Shown here piece after piece: positions 1-10,248 of a stretch of 47,393 nucleotides of DNA (within the stretch, counting starts at the first letter, position 1; the number at the start of each line of letters is the position of its first letter). The stretch spans positions 1 through 47,393 of the forward strand of contig JAGAQK010000159.1 in the NCBI GenBank assembly GCA_017622825.1. Direction: 5' to 3'. The DNA comes from Clostridia bacterium. GTDB taxonomy: Bacteria > Bacillota > Clostridia > UBA1212 > UBA1255. The position numbers and the translations under genes were made by a program. The notes beneath the pieces were generated by a model. That model worked only from the letters and a program-made list of their open reading frames with translations, ran no database searches and had not been told where the DNA came from.

Positions 1-475
1 CGGACAGCAAATGCGGCTCGGTTTTACGTTCTTCCTGCATTCTCACTGTATTAAGCGCCCACGAAATTCTTTCAATCATCTCGCCTCTTGGCACGCCTAA
101 ATTTTCAAGGCCAAACGCAACGTCCTCTTCTACTGAAGTTCCCACAATTTGATTATCCGGATTTTGAAATACCATTCCGATATGGCTTCTTATCTCCCAT
201 ATCATTTCATCGTCAGCCGTATCTATGCCATTAACGTACACTGTACCCTCCGTTGGAAGCAAAAGAGCATTCATAGTACGAGCCAACGTTGATTTTCCCG
301 AGCCATTGCGCCCTACAATTGCAATAAACTCGCCTTTCTGTATTGAGAAATCAGCCTTTTCAAAAGCATAATCCACATGGCTTATAATATTCATATCCTT
401 TTTTTCATTATTAAATTTTTCATCATAATCATCATATGAATACGATACGTTTACAAATTTAATAAATTCGTCCAT
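1..475 (-). CDS. ecfA: ECF transporter ATPase subunit; 5' part only, the 3' end runs off the window
   Basis: Hand translation from the ATG at 473..475 gives MDEFIKFVNVSYSYDD...FSIQKGEFIAIVGRNGSGKSTLARTMNALLLPTEGTVYVNG...GMVFQNPDNQIVGTSVEEDVAFGLENLG. It has a Walker A motif (GRNGSGKST) and the FQNPDNQ motif of EcfA/CbiO. A GAGAGGAG SD lies upstream. The position just after rplQ is canonical in Firmicutes. It is truncated, so it is not in the ORF track. Confidence 0.85.
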   Translation of the reverse strand, partial: MDEFIKFVNVSYSYDDYDEKFNNEKKDMNIISHVDYAFEKADFSIQKGEFIAIVGRNGSGKSTLARTMNALLLPTEGTVYVNGIDTADDEMIWEIRSHIGMVFQNPDNQIVGTSVEEDVAFGLENLGVPRGEMIERISWALNTVRMQEERKTEPHLLS

Positions 476-500
476 GCAAATCACACTCCTCTCAATTTTG

Positions 501-535
501 AAAAAACGGGGATTATCTCCATAGACAATCCCCGC
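501..535 (-). terminator. Intrinsic terminator after rplQ
   Basis: The minus strand reads CGGGGATT-GTCTATGGAGAT-AATCCCCG, an 8-bp GC-rich stem, followed by TTTTTTCAAAA. It sits 46 nt downstream of the rplQ stop. Confidence 0.6.
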
Positions 536-581
536 TTTAAGATACATAATAAAGCTTTACTTTTTATTAAAAAGCTACTAA

Positions 582-1106
582 TTAAACAAGCTCCAAAATT
601 GCCATCGGGGCAGCGTCGCCTCTTCTGGGTCCTGTTTTATATATTCTTGTATAACCACCCTTACGATCCTTATACTTAGGTGCAATCTCATCAAAAAGCT
701 TGTTAACGATGCTAATGTTATTACCCTCTGCATCTTTTACTTTGTAAATCCACTCAATTGCCTGCTTTCTTGCTGCCAATCTTGAAGGATTATCTATACG
801 AACAAGCTCTGTTTTGATCTCACGGTCAGCAAACTTAGTAAATTTATTACCATTTTTTGATGTAACGACTGTTGTCTGCTTTTTACCCTTTGAATCTACA
901 GGTACGCTACTGATTTTTGCCTGCTTTGTTGTGAAGTTATCTGCTTCACGAACTGCTTTTGCTATCATTTTTTCTGCTATGCTCTGAACTTCCTTAGCTC
1001 TTGTCTCTGTTGTAACAATTGAACCATTCTGGAAGAGTGCTGTTACAAGACCTCTGAGCATTGCTTTTCTCTGGTCGGCTCTGCGGCCAAGTTTTCTATA
1101 TGCCAT
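582..1106 (-). CDS. rplQ: 50S ribosomal protein L17 (174 aa, long form)
   Basis: N-terminus [20 protein letters not shown] and C-terminus [25 protein letters not shown] are typical L17. It is the last gene of the alpha operon. Confidence 0.95.
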   Translation of the reverse strand: MAYRKLGRRADQRKAMLRGLVTALFQNGSIVTTETRAKEVQSIAEKMIAKAVREADNFTTKQAKISSVPVDSKGKKQTTVVTSKNGNKFTKFADREIKTELVRIDNPSRLAARKQAIEWIYKVKDAEGNNISIVNKLFDEIAPKYKDRKGGYTRIYKTGPRRGDAAPMAILELV

Positions 1107-1139
1107 TTGAATATACCCTCCTGTCTAAATAATGTTTCC

Positions 1140-2096
1140 TCATTCTTCTTTTTTGAGTGAAAGTCCGAGAGATTCCAACTTCTGGATAACTTCTTCAAGA
1201 GACTTTCTGCCGAGGTTACGAACCTTCATCATATCTTCTTCTGTTTTTTCTGCTAAATCACCAACGGTATTGACTGATGCACGCTTTAAGCAATTAAAGG
1301 AACGAACAGAAAGATCAAGGTCTTCTATTTGCATTTCCAATATTTTCTCTGTTTTACCGGAAACATCTTTTTCTACTGCAACATATCTAACTTCTTTTTC
1401 CTCATCAACGCGAGTAAAGAGTTCAAATTGCTCAATCAGAATTTTAGCGCTCTCGCAAATTGCCTCTTGAGGTGTCATTGCGCCGTTTGTCCAAACTTCC
1501 AATGTAAGCTTATCGTAGTCTGTTACGTTTCCAACACGTGTATTCTCTACATAGTAATTTACCTTCGGAACAGGCGAGAAGAGTGAATCGATAGCAATAA
1601 CACCGAAAGGCATATTAGCAGTCTTATTCTTGTCTGCTGTTCTCCATCCTTTTGAAGTGCCTACTTCCATCTCTATTGAAAGTTCATCATCGCCGTTTAA
1701 CGTAGCAATGTGCTGGTCAGGATTGAGTACTTCAATCTCAGAGTCACAAACGATATCAGCCGCTGTAACCTCGCCTCTTTCAGATTTTGAGATAGTAACG
1801 ATTTTCGTTGCAGACGGATCTTCTGAATGTATTTTAAAAGCAACTTGCTTAATATTTAAAATAATTTCTGTAACGTCTTCTACAACACCGGGTATCGAAG
1901 TAAACTCATGGCACGCACCCTTAATCTTTACGTTCATAGCTGCTGAACCTTGTAAAGATGAAAGAAGTATTCTTCTGAGTGAGTTTCCTAAAGTCGTACC
2001 GTATCCTCTTTCAAGGGGTTCAACAACAAATTTGCCATATCTGCAAAACTCATCTGATTCAACACATTCTATTCTTGGCTTTTCAATTTCAATCAC
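1140..2096 (-). CDS. rpoA: DNA-directed RNA polymerase subunit alpha
   Basis: 318 aa with an alpha N-terminal domain and a C-terminal domain ([22 protein letters not shown]). It lies between rpsD and rplQ. Confidence 0.97.
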   Translation of the reverse strand: MIEIEKPRIECVESDEFCRYGKFVVEPLERGYGTTLGNSLRRILLSSLQGSAAMNVKIKGACHEFTSIPGVVEDVTEIILNIKQVAFKIHSEDPSATKIVTISKSERGEVTAADIVCDSEIEVLNPDQHIATLNGDDELSIEMEVGTSKGWRTADKNKTANMPFGVIAIDSLFSPVPKVNYYVENTRVGNVTDYDKLTLEVWTNGAMTPQEAICESAKILIEQFELFTRVDEEKEVRYVAVEKDVSGKTEKILEMQIEDLDLSVRSFNCLKRASVNTVGDLAEKTEEDMMKVRNLGRKSLEEVIQKLESLGLSLKKEE

Positions 2097-2134
2097 AGTA
2101 ATCCCTCCTTGGAATCAAAATACTAACGGTGAAA

Positions 2135-2767
2135 TTATTTACTGTACAACTCAACGATCAAGTGCTCCTGTACAGGTAAATCGATATCTTCACGCTTCGG
2201 ATAAGTTAAAACTGTTCCCTGCATTTTATCAGCATCGAATGAAAGCCATTCAGGAATAGTACGTCCGCCTGTAACGTCAACTATCTCAGCGATTCTGCCG
2301 TTAGATCTGCTCTTCTCGCAAACAGCAATAACATCGTTAGCAGAAATAAGATAAGAAGGAATATTTACTCTCTTACCATTTACAGTGAAATGTCCGTGAA
2401 GAACGAGCTGTCTTGCTTCTGCTCTTGATGTACCAAGACCAAGACGATAAACTACATTATCAAGTCTTCTTTCAAGCAATATCAAAAGGTTTTCACCTGT
2501 TACACCGCTCTTCTTGTTAGCCATCTCAAAATATGTGTGGAATTGTTTTTCCAATACACCGTAATATCTCTTTGTTTTTTGTTTTTCTCTAAGCTGCATG
2601 CAATACTCTGACTGCTTTTTCTTAGCCTGTCCGTGCTGTCCCGGAGCATAGCTTCTCTTAGGTCTGGACATTGCGCACTTTTCTGAATAACATCTTGTGC
2701 CCTTCAGAAAAAGCTTTTCACCTTCTCTTCTGCAAAGTCTGCATGATGCATCACTATATCTGGCCAT
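2135..2767 (-). CDS. rpsD: 30S ribosomal protein S4 (Cys4 N-terminal form)
   Basis: [31 protein letters not shown]..., with an S4 RNA-binding domain ([11 protein letters not shown]). Position matches the alpha operon. Confidence 0.97.
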   Translation of the reverse strand: MARYSDASCRLCRREGEKLFLKGTRCYSEKCAMSRPKRSYAPGQHGQAKKKQSEYCMQLREKQKTKRYYGVLEKQFHTYFEMANKKSGVTGENLLILLERRLDNVVYRLGLGTSRAEARQLVLHGHFTVNGKRVNIPSYLISANDVIAVCEKSRSNGRIAEIVDVTGGRTIPEWLSFDADKMQGTVLTYPKREDIDLPVQEHLIVELYSK

Positions 2768-2785
2768 TTTTTACACCTCCGTTAA

Positions 2786-3184
2786 TTATACTCTTCTTCT
2801 CTTGGGCGGTCTGCATCCGTTGTGAGGGATGGGAGTCTCGTCCTTGATCAATGTAACATCAAGTCCTGCTACCTGCAAAGCCCTGATTGCTGACTCACGG
2901 CCTGCTCCGGGTCCTCTTACATAAACCTCTACAGATTTAAGGCCATGCTCCATTGCAGCCTTAGCTGCTGTCTCTGCTGCTGACTGAGCCGCAAAGGGAG
3001 TGCTCTTCTTTGAACCACGGAAACCGAGCTCGCCGGCACTTGCCCAAGAAATAGCATTACCGGATTTATCAGTGATTGTAACTATTGTATTATTGAAGGT
3101 TGAACGGATATGTGCCTGACCAAACTCAATAAATTTACGTTCTCTTCTTCTGCCTTTAACAACTTTTTTGGTTTTAACAGCCAT
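2786..3184 (-). CDS. rpsK: 30S ribosomal protein S11
   Basis: Contains [43 protein letters not shown], typical of S11. Confidence 0.97.
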   Translation of the reverse strand: MAVKTKKVVKGRRRERKFIEFGQAHIRSTFNNTIVTITDKSGNAISWASAGELGFRGSKKSTPFAAQSAAETAAKAAMEHGLKSVEVYVRGPGAGRESAIRALQVAGLDVTLIKDETPIPHNGCRPPKRRRV

Positions 3185-3197
3185 AACTCAAACCTCC

Positions 3198-3566
3198 TTA
3201 TTTCTTCTTGCCTGCTATAGGTCTTGCCGGACCTTTTCTTGTTCTGGCATTAGTTTTTGTTCTCTGTCCTCTAACGGGAAGTCCCATTTTGTGACGTCTG
3301 CCTCTATAGCAACCAATTTCCATAAGACGCTTAATGTTGAGGGAAACTTCTCTACGTACGTCACCTTCAACAACATATTCTTTATCTATAATATCTCTTA
3401 ACTTACCAACTTCATCGTCAGTCAAGTCTCTAACTCTTGTGTCAGGATTGATACCGGTTTTAGCAAGAATCTCACTTGATTTTGATCTACCAATACCATA
3501 AATGTATGTCAATCCGATCTCAACACGCTTTTCTCTCGGCAAGTCCACACCTGCAATACGAGCCAT
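3198..3566 (-). CDS. rpsM: 30S ribosomal protein S13
   Basis: I moved the start to the ATG at 3564..3566 ([26 protein letters not shown]), which has a GGAGGTG SD upstream. The 15 extra codons in the track ORF have no SD. Confidence 0.95.
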   Translation of the reverse strand: MARIAGVDLPREKRVEIGLTYIYGIGRSKSSEILAKTGINPDTRVRDLTDDEVGKLRDIIDKEYVVEGDVRREVSLNIKRLMEIGCYRGRRHKMGLPVRGQRTKTNARTRKGPARPIAGKKK

Positions 3567-3755
3567 TCGCAAATACACCTCCGTAAAATATAAGCCTATT
3601 GTAAAAATCAATGTAGGCTTTAAAAAAAATACTTAAAATCTATATTCAACGTCCCGAAGCTCATGTTAATCATGCAGCCGCACCTCAGGACGATTATAAT
3701 CGTTGCTTCTGTAGCTAACCCGGCAGAGTCACGTCAGAAGCCGATAAGGCTCAAA

Positions 3756-3872
3756 TCAGCCTTGTTTTTGCTTATGCTTTGGATAAGCATCACAAATAAC
3801 CATTACTTTACCTTTTCTCTTAATAACCTTGCATTTATCACAAATAGGTTTTACTGACGGTCTAACTTTCAT
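3756..3872 (-). CDS. rpmJ: 50S ribosomal protein L36 (zinc-type, CxxC...C...H)
   Basis: Not in the ORF track. Hand translation gives [38 protein letters not shown]-stop (38 aa). A GGAGGA SD lies upstream, and the gene sits between infA and rpsM as expected. Confidence 0.93.
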   Translation of the reverse strand: MKVRPSVKPICDKCKVIKRKGKVMVICDAYPKHKQKQG

Positions 3873-3886
3873 AGTTCAATCCTCCT

Positions 3887-4102
3887 TCACTTTCTCCTTA
3901 TGATTCGACCGCGGTCTAAATCATACGGGGACAACTCAAGGGTAACACGATCACCCTTAACTATTCTGATATAATTCGTTCTAATCTTGCCTGAAACATG
4001 GGCAACTACCATATGCCCATTTGCAAGTTCAACTTTGAAAACACAGTTGGGCAACACTTCGGCAATAACGCCTTCAACTTCAATTAAGTCTTCTTTTGAC
4101 AA
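3887..4102 (-). CDS. infA: Translation initiation factor IF-1
   Basis: 71 aa: [41 protein letters not shown]... Confidence 0.97.
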   Translation of the reverse strand: MSKEDLIEVEGVIAEVLPNCVFKVELANGHMVVAHVSGKIRTNYIRIVKGDRVTLELSPYDLDRGRIIRRK

Positions 4103-4115
4103 AATGTCATCCTCC

Positions 4116-4877
4116 TTAAAGTGTCACGACTAACGGCTCATCATCTGTCACAATTACAGTATTCTCATAATGAGCAGACAGCTTGCCGTCCTTCGTATAA
4201 ACTGTCCATTTGTTGCTGCCGAGCAATATTTCATCAGAACCTTGGTTAACCATCGGTTCAATCGCTATTGCCATACCGGCTGCAAGTCGGTGTCCTCGCC
4301 TGTTTGTTCTGTAGTTAGGAACCTCAGGGTCCTCGTGAAGCTCTCTTCCTATACCGTGACCTGTATATTCCTTTACAATCGAATAACCAAAGGACAATAC
4401 ATAATCCTCTATTGCTCCTGAAACATCAGAAACCCTGTTATTCGGTTTAACAAACTTAAGTCCCTCAAAAAAGCTCTGCTTTGTAACTTCTATAAGCTTT
4501 GCTGCTTCTTCGGAAACATTTCCTACCGGAAACGTTCTTGCCGCATCGCCATGAAAACCGTTATAAAACGCACCAACATCGACACTTATAATATCTCCGT
4601 CTTTAAGTTTTCGGTTATCAGGTATGCCGTGAATAACCTCACCGTTTACAGAAGAACAAATAGCTCCTGGGAACTTGATACCGCCGTAATAATTAGGCAC
4701 ACCTAAAAACGACGGAAAAGCGCCACTCCTTATTATATAGTTTGTGGCGATTCTGTCAAGCTCTTTTGTAGTGATTCCCGGAAAAATATTTTTTTCAATT
4801 TCTCTGAGAACCTCTGCAACTATTTTACCGGAAGCTTTCATCTTTTCGATTTCCGTTTTTGATTTAATATTAATCAT
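4116..4877 (-). CDS. map: Type I methionine aminopeptidase
   Basis: 253 aa. Metal-ligand context is present ([33 protein letters not shown]). It lies between adk and infA. Confidence 0.95.
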   Translation of the reverse strand: MINIKSKTEIEKMKASGKIVAEVLREIEKNIFPGITTKELDRIATNYIIRSGAFPSFLGVPNYYGGIKFPGAICSSVNGEVIHGIPDNRKLKDGDIISVDVGAFYNGFHGDAARTFPVGNVSEEAAKLIEVTKQSFFEGLKFVKPNNRVSDVSGAIEDYVLSFGYSIVKEYTGHGIGRELHEDPEVPNYRTNRRGHRLAAGMAIAIEPMVNQGSDEILLGSNKWTVYTKDGKLSAHYENTVIVTDDEPLVVTL

Positions 4878-4881
4878 AATT

Positions 4882-5532
4882 TCAGATTCCTTTTAAACCT
4901 AATGCATATAAAGTATTTTGCAAAGATTCTTCTATTGAACTTTCACTCAATACGTTCATAAGTTTTCCCTTACCCCTGTAAAATTCTACAAGCGGCTCGG
5001 TTTGCCTATGATATGCAGCAATCCTGTTTCTGATTACATCAGGTTTATCATCATCCCGGTGTACTAACTGTTCACCGCACTTTTTGCACTTATTATCTTC
5101 TACCGGATTAAACTCCAAGTGATAAGTTTCACCGCACGAAGGACAAACAATCCTGTTTGACAAGCGTTTTACTACTGCTTCATCATCAATCACTATATTT
5201 ACAACTTTGTCAATACTCTTTCCTTCTGTTGTTAAAATATCTTCAAGCATCTCTGCTTGTGCTATTGTCCTCGGGAACCCATCGAGTATAAATCCTTTTG
5301 AACAATCTTTTTGTGATATGCGATCCTTTACTATTTGAACAGTAACGTTATCGGGAACCAACTCACCTTTTGAAATATAAGTATCAGCAAGTTTGCCAAG
5401 CTCTGTATTTCTGCGGATATTATCTCTGAAGATTTCACCGGTGGAGATATGCGGAATGTTTAATATTTCTGATAATCCGGTGGCCTGTGTACCTTTACCG
5501 GCACCCGGTGCCCCCAATAATATTAAGTTCAT
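4882..5532 (-). CDS. adk: Adenylate kinase (zinc-lid form)
   Basis: P-loop GAPGAGKGTQ. The lid has CPSCG...CKKCG. Confidence 0.97.
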   Translation of the reverse strand: MNLILLGAPGAGKGTQATGLSEILNIPHISTGEIFRDNIRRNTELGKLADTYISKGELVPDNVTVQIVKDRISQKDCSKGFILDGFPRTIAQAEMLEDILTTEGKSIDKVVNIVIDDEAVVKRLSNRIVCPSCGETYHLEFNPVEDNKCKKCGEQLVHRDDDKPDVIRNRIAAYHRQTEPLVEFYRGKGKLMNVLSESSIEESLQNTLYALGLKGI

Positions 5533-5555
5533 CTCGTTACCTCCACCCGGCGTTA

Positions 5556-6893
5556 TTAATCCAAGAATCCTTTGTAATTTCTCATAAGGAGCTGTGACTC
5601 CAACTGACGAACAGTTTCAAGAGCAACACCTACGAGAATAAGCACTGTTGTGCCTCCAAACCAAAGATTGATACTTGCAATATCTGAATTGAAGTATGAA
5701 ATAATCTTTTGAAGGAGTGATGGAGCAACAGCAAGTACAGCAAGGAATATCGCACCAAACCACGTAACTCTTGTTGATGCTTTTTTGATGTAATCTGCTG
5801 TAGGAGCTCCGGGTCTGAGTCCCGGAACAAATCCACCATTTTTCTTCAAGTTGTTTGATATATCAACCGGATCAAAGTATACGATATTATAGAAGAATGT
5901 AAATCCAACTATAAGAAGTGCATATACTATGATGTACGGCCAACCCTGTCCTTGTGAGAAAGAGTTAATAAATCCTGCAAAACCCGTTGTAGCCGATGAC
6001 TTTCCGATAAATGCTACAATTGTAGCAGGGAACTGCAACATTGACATAGCAAAGATAATCGGAAGAACTCCTGAAGAGTTAACCTTAATCGGAATATTTG
6101 TACTCTGTCCGCCGTAAATCTTTCTGCCAACAACTCTTTTTGCATACTGTACGGGAATACGGCGTTCGCCGCTTTCAACCCAAACAACAGCAAGAATTAC
6201 TGCAAGGAATACAGCGACAATTGCTACTACGTAAATAATTCTTATTGCAACAAATACATTTGCAAGAGTATTACCTGCAATTATATCATAAAGCATTAAA
6301 GCAGCACTTGGTGCACCTGCAACAATACCTGCAAAGATAATCATTGATATACCGTTTCCAATTCCTGTCTCTGTGATCTTCTCTCCCAACCACATAAGCA
6401 CTGACGTACCTGCAGTAAACGAAAAAATTACGATAAGGAATGTGAATATATCAAACTCACCCTTAGAAGCAAATATGTTATATGTGTACCCTTGTATATT
6501 AAAGTACATCATTATTGATTGGAATAAAGCTAACGCAAGAGTAATAATTTTTGTTACTTTGCTGAGCTTCTTTCTTCCTTCCGGCCCTTCCTTTTGCCAT
6601 CTCTCAAATGCAGGGATAGCAACAGTAAGGAGCTGAACAATAATTGAAGCGTTAATATACGGGCTGATTGTCATAGCAAACAGTGAAACTTGCTGGAATG
6701 CACCACCTGAGAGCATATCGTACAACTTGAACATTCCGTTGTTTGCAAGCGTATTAAACGCATCGTCCCTAAGACCGGGAACAGGAATGAAACATCCTAT
6801 TCTAAAGATTATGATAAGCAAAAGTGTCATGAATAATTTTTTTCTTAACTCTTTTACATGAAAAGCGTTAATGATGATGTCTTTAAACTTCAT
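5556..6893 (-). CDS. secY: Preprotein translocase subunit SecY
   Basis: 445-aa polytopic membrane protein at the spc operon position, with typical SecY segments (GGAFQQVSLFAMTISPYINASII). Confidence 0.97.
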   Translation of the reverse strand: MKFKDIIINAFHVKELRKKLFMTLLLIIIFRIGCFIPVPGLRDDAFNTLANNGMFKLYDMLSGGAFQQVSLFAMTISPYINASIIVQLLTVAIPAFERWQKEGPEGRKKLSKVTKIITLALALFQSIMMYFNIQGYTYNIFASKGEFDIFTFLIVIFSFTAGTSVLMWLGEKITETGIGNGISMIIFAGIVAGAPSAALMLYDIIAGNTLANVFVAIRIIYVVAIVAVFLAVILAVVWVESGERRIPVQYAKRVVGRKIYGGQSTNIPIKVNSSGVLPIIFAMSMLQFPATIVAFIGKSSATTGFAGFINSFSQGQGWPYIIVYALLIVGFTFFYNIVYFDPVDISNNLKKNGGFVPGLRPGAPTADYIKKASTRVTWFGAIFLAVLAVAPSLLQKIISYFNSDIASINLWFGGTTVLILVGVALETVRQLESQLLMRNYKGFLD

Positions 6894-6894
6894 C

Positions 6895-7338
6895 TTAGAT
6901 CACCTCTGCCTTTCCTCCTGCTTTTTCAATTTTTTCAGATGCACTCTTTGTAAAACATTTAGCTTTAACTGTTAAATTCTTTGTCAACTCGCCATTACCG
7001 AGAATTTTAACTCCGTCATACAGCTTATTGATAAGACCTGCTTCTGCCAAAGCAACAGCATCAACTACGGCACCATCTTCAAAAACGTCAAGAGCAGAAA
7101 CATTAACTTCAGCATATACGTTTGCAAAGTTCTTGTTATTAAAACCTCTCTTAGGCATTCTTCTGTATAAAGGTGTCTGTCCACCTTCAAAGCCAGGTCT
7201 TACTCCGCCGCCTGAACGTGCTTTCTGACCTTTGTGTCCTCTACCGGCCGTCTTACCGTTACCGGATCCGTGACCTCTGCCTTTTCTGTATGCTTCGCGG
7301 CTTGAGCCAGCCGCTGGACGTAATTCGTCAAGCTTCAT
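6895..7338 (-). CDS. rplO: 50S ribosomal protein L15
   Basis: Start set to the ATG at 7336..7338 ([12 protein letters not shown]...[25 protein letters not shown]), preceded by a GGAGGTG SD. The longer track ORF would overlap rpmD. Confidence 0.93.
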   Translation of the reverse strand: MKLDELRPAAGSSREAYRKGRGHGSGNGKTAGRGHKGQKARSGGGVRPGFEGGQTPLYRRMPKRGFNNKNFANVYAEVNVSALDVFEDGAVVDAVALAEAGLINKLYDGVKILGNGELTKNLTVKAKCFTKSASEKIEKAGGKAEVI

Positions 7339-7351
7339 GGTAACACCTCCG

Positions 7352-7531
7352 TTATATTTCTTCAACTTTAACGAGATGAGCTACAACCTTTATCATACCT
7401 CTGACTGCAGGTGTGTCATCACGCTCTACAGAGCTGCCGATCTTCTTAAGACCTAATGCAGCAACTGTAGCTTTTTGATTCTTAATTACACTGTTCGTAC
7501 TTCTTGTAAGAGTAATTTTCAATTTAGCCAT
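7352..7531 (-). CDS. rpmD: 50S ribosomal protein L30
   Basis: Not in the ORF track. Hand translation gives [59 protein letters not shown]-stop (59 aa). It lies between rpsE and rplO. Confidence 0.92.
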   Translation of the reverse strand: MAKLKITLTRSTNSVIKNQKATVAALGLKKIGSSVERDDTPAVRGMIKVVAHLVKVEEI

Positions 7532-7545
7532 TGTTAATTTCCTCC

Positions 7546-8045
7546 TTATTCAAGTATCTCGTCAACTGACTTGCCACGAAGCTTTGCAACTTTCTCTGCT
7601 GTTGTAAGTGAGCTGAGTGCATCGATTGTAGCACGTACCATGTTGATAGGATTGTTAGAACGAAGTGATTTTGTTCTGATATCACGAATTCCTGAAAGCT
7701 CAATAACGGCTCTGACAGGTCCTCCGGCAATAACACCGGTACCTTCTGCAGCCGGCTTAAGAAGAACTTCGCCTGCACCAAACTTACCTACGATCTCGTG
7801 GGGAATTGTTGTGCCAACATCGGAACAGTGATGATGTTTTTCTTCGCATCCTCAACGCCTTTTCTGATAGCTTCTGTTACTTCGGCAGCTTTACCGAGAC
7901 CAACGCCAACCTGGCCGTTCTCATTACCTACAACTACCAAAGCGCTCCATCTGAAGTTACGTCCGCCTTTTACAACCTTTGTAACTTTGCCAAGGTTTAC
8001 GACTTTCTCTTTAAATTCTGGTGTATTGGAATTATTATGTTCCAT
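7546..8045 (-). CDS. rpsE: 30S ribosomal protein S5, interrupted by a 1-nt frame disruption near 7818 (probably an assembly indel)
   Basis: The N-terminal part is track ORF 7788..8045 (...[50 protein letters not shown]). The C-terminal part was hand-translated in the -1 frame: [90 protein letters not shown], with the stop at 7546..7548. The span is 500 nt, one short of a multiple of three. Confidence 0.9.
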
Positions 8046-8064
8046 AGTATATCCTCCTTACGCC

Positions 8065-8433
8065 TTAGAAATTGAGGCCTGCTTCACGAGCAGCGTCAGC
8101 AAGTTCTTTTACTCTACCGTGATATCCGTAACCGCCACGGTCAAATACCACTGTTGTGATTCCTGCAGCAAGTGCTTTTTCAGCAACAAGCTTACCAACC
8201 TCTTTAGCAGCCTCGATGTTTCCGCCGAACGCAATTTTATCTTTGATTGCGCTGTCAAGCGTAGACGCAGACACCAAAGTATTTCCTGTTGTATCATCTA
8301 TAACTTGAGCATAGATATTGGAAAGACTTCTGAATACATTCAATCTCGGACGTTCAGGTGTTCCGCTGATATGTTTTCTGACACGGATGTGTCTTCTCTG
8401 TCGAATCTGATTTTTACTTAATTTCTTTGCCAT
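8065..8433 (-). CDS. rplR: 50S ribosomal protein L18
   Basis: 122 aa: [35 protein letters not shown]...[22 protein letters not shown]. Confidence 0.97.
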   Translation of the reverse strand: MAKKLSKNQIRQRRHIRVRKHISGTPERPRLNVFRSLSNIYAQVIDDTTGNTLVSASTLDSAIKDKIAFGGNIEAAKEVGKLVAEKALAAGITTVVFDRGGYGYHGRVKELADAAREAGLNF

Positions 8434-8451
8434 ATTGCGTCACTCCCTTTC

Positions 8452-8997
8452 TTACTTCTTAGCACCGGTCTTGCCTTCTTTACGTCTGACAACTTCGTCA
8501 ACGTACTTAATACCTTTGCCCTTATAAGGCTCCGGCGGCTTCTTGCTTCTAACCTTAGCAGCAAATTCTCCAACCATCTGCTTGCTTATACCCTTGATGA
8601 TGATCTTGTTCTGAGCCGGAACTTCAACTGTAATTCCCTCAGGAGGAACCATATCAATCTGATGTGAGAAACCTACGTTCAATACGAGAGTTTTTCCTTG
8701 AAGAGCTGCTCTGTAACCTACACCATTGATTTCAAGTTCTTTAACGTAGCCTTTTGTTACACCATCAATCATATTTTGGATGAGAGATCTTGTAAGACCG
8801 TGAAGTGAACGGTACTCTTTCTCATCTGAGCTGCGTGATACAACTACCTGGCCGGCCTCGACACTGATGTCGATTTTTGAATTAAATGTTTCTGTAAGGG
8901 TTCCTTTTTCGCCCTTAACCTGTAATGTATTTCCATCAAGGAGCTTTACTTCAACTCCGGCAGGAATAACAACAGGTTTTTTACCAATTCTGGACAT
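8452..8997 (-). CDS. rplF: 50S ribosomal protein L6
   Basis: Start set to the ATG at 8995..8997 ([17 protein letters not shown]), preceded by a GGAGGAAATAATA SD region. Confidence 0.95.
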   Translation of the reverse strand: MSRIGKKPVVIPAGVEVKLLDGNTLQVKGEKGTLTETFNSKIDISVEAGQVVVSRSSDEKEYRSLHGLTRSLIQNMIDGVTKGYVKELEINGVGYRAALQGKTLVLNVGFSHQIDMVPPEGITVEVPAQNKIIIKGISKQMVGEFAAKVRSKKPPEPYKGKGIKYVDEVVRRKEGKTGAKK

Positions 8998-9066
8998 TAT
9001 TATTTCCTCCAATCTTAAGATTCTGTACGGCTTATTTTAAAGCCGTACTTTTCAGATTTATTTTAA

Positions 9067-9465
9067 TTACCAAATGTAAGCCATTACTTCTCCGCCGATG
9101 CCCAAATTTCTAGCCTTCTTATCAGTCATAATGCCTTTTGAAGTAGAAATAACTGCTACACCGAGACCGCCGAGAACCTTCGGAAGCTCATCCTTAGATG
9201 CATAAATACGAAGACCGGGTTTTGATATTCTCTTTATACCTGAAATTACAGGTTTTTTATTCTCTGTATACTTCAGGTAAAGTCTGATAACGCCCTGCTT
9301 ACCGTCATCTATGTTCTGTACTTCCTTTACATAACCTTCTTCTACAAGAATTTGAGCAATAGCATTTTTAACACTTGAAGCCGGTACATCAACCGTTTCG
9401 TGTTTAGCTGTGCCTGCATTTCTGATACGTGTCAACATATCAGCTATAACGTCAGTAATTTGCAT
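9067..9465 (-). CDS. rpsH: 30S ribosomal protein S8
   Basis: 132 aa: [30 protein letters not shown]... Confidence 0.97.
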   Translation of the reverse strand: MQITDVIADMLTRIRNAGTAKHETVDVPASSVKNAIAQILVEEGYVKEVQNIDDGKQGVIRLYLKYTENKKPVISGIKRISKPGLRIYASKDELPKVLGGLGVAVISTSKGIMTDKKARNLGIGGEVMAYIW

Positions 9466-9489
9466 TGTGCCAACCTCCTTTAATCAATC

Positions 9490-9675
9490 TTACCAGCTGG
9501 CTTTCTTTACACCGGGAATTTGTCCCTTGTAAGCCAATTCTCTGAAGCAAATACGGCATATACCGTACTTTCTGATATATGCATGAGGACGTCCGCAGAT
9601 TTTACATCTGTTATATGCTCTAGTAGAATACTTAGGTGTCCTTTGTTGCTTAACCTTCATTGAAACCTTTGCCAT
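9490..9675 (-). CDS. rpsN: 30S ribosomal protein S14, short zinc-binding (type Z) form
   Basis: 61 aa with [23 protein letters not shown] (CxxC...CxxC). Confidence 0.96.
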   Translation of the reverse strand: MAKVSMKVKQQRTPKYSTRAYNRCKICGRPHAYIRKYGICRICFRELAYKGQIPGVKKASW

Positions 9676-9689
9676 GGTCTACCTCCTTA

Positions 9690-10229
9690 TTATGAGTTGA
9701 AGGGCATACCCATCAATTTGAGCAGCGCTTTTGCTTCTTCGTCTGTTTTTGCAGTAGTTACGAAAATAACGTCCATACCTCTCACTTTGTCGATTTTATC
9801 ATACTCGATTTCAGGGAAGATGATCTGCTCTTTAATACCCATAGCATAGTTACCTCTGCCATCAAATGAATTTCCGGGAATACCGTGGAAGTCTCTGATA
9901 CGGGGCAATGTGATATTAATGAGTTTGTCTGCAAAAGCATACATTTTTGTGCCTCTGAGTGTAACCTTGCAACCTATGTTCATGCCTTCACGAACTTTAA
10001 AAGCAGCAACTGATTTCTTTGCTTTTGTTACAACAGGCTTTTGACCTGTGATCAAGCTGAGATCATTAACAGCATTTTCGATTGCCTTAGGATTCTCTTT
10101 AACTTCGCCCAATCCCATGTTGATAACGATTTTCTCAAGCTTCGGGATTTCCATAACGCTCTTGTACTTGAACTGTTCCATAAGAGCGGGTGCTATTTCC
10201 TTGTCATATTTTTCTTTTAATCTTAACAT
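9690..10229 (-). CDS. rplE: 50S ribosomal protein L5
   Basis: 179 aa: [42 protein letters not shown]... Confidence 0.97.
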   Translation of the reverse strand: MLRLKEKYDKEIAPALMEQFKYKSVMEIPKLEKIVINMGLGEVKENPKAIENAVNDLSLITGQKPVVTKAKKSVAAFKVREGMNIGCKVTLRGTKMYAFADKLINITLPRIRDFHGIPGNSFDGRGNYAMGIKEQIIFPEIEYDKIDKVRGMDVIFVTTAKTDEEAKALLKLMGMPFNS

Positions 10230-10248
10230 TATTATAGCCTCCCTCTAA

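Noticed and set aside
7813-7823. Programmed -1 ribosomal frameshifting in rpsE.
   Set aside because: There is no X-XXY-YYZ slippery heptamer at CCGATGTTGGC, no obvious downstream stimulatory structure, and no precedent that I know of for S5. A one-base deletion explains the data more simply.
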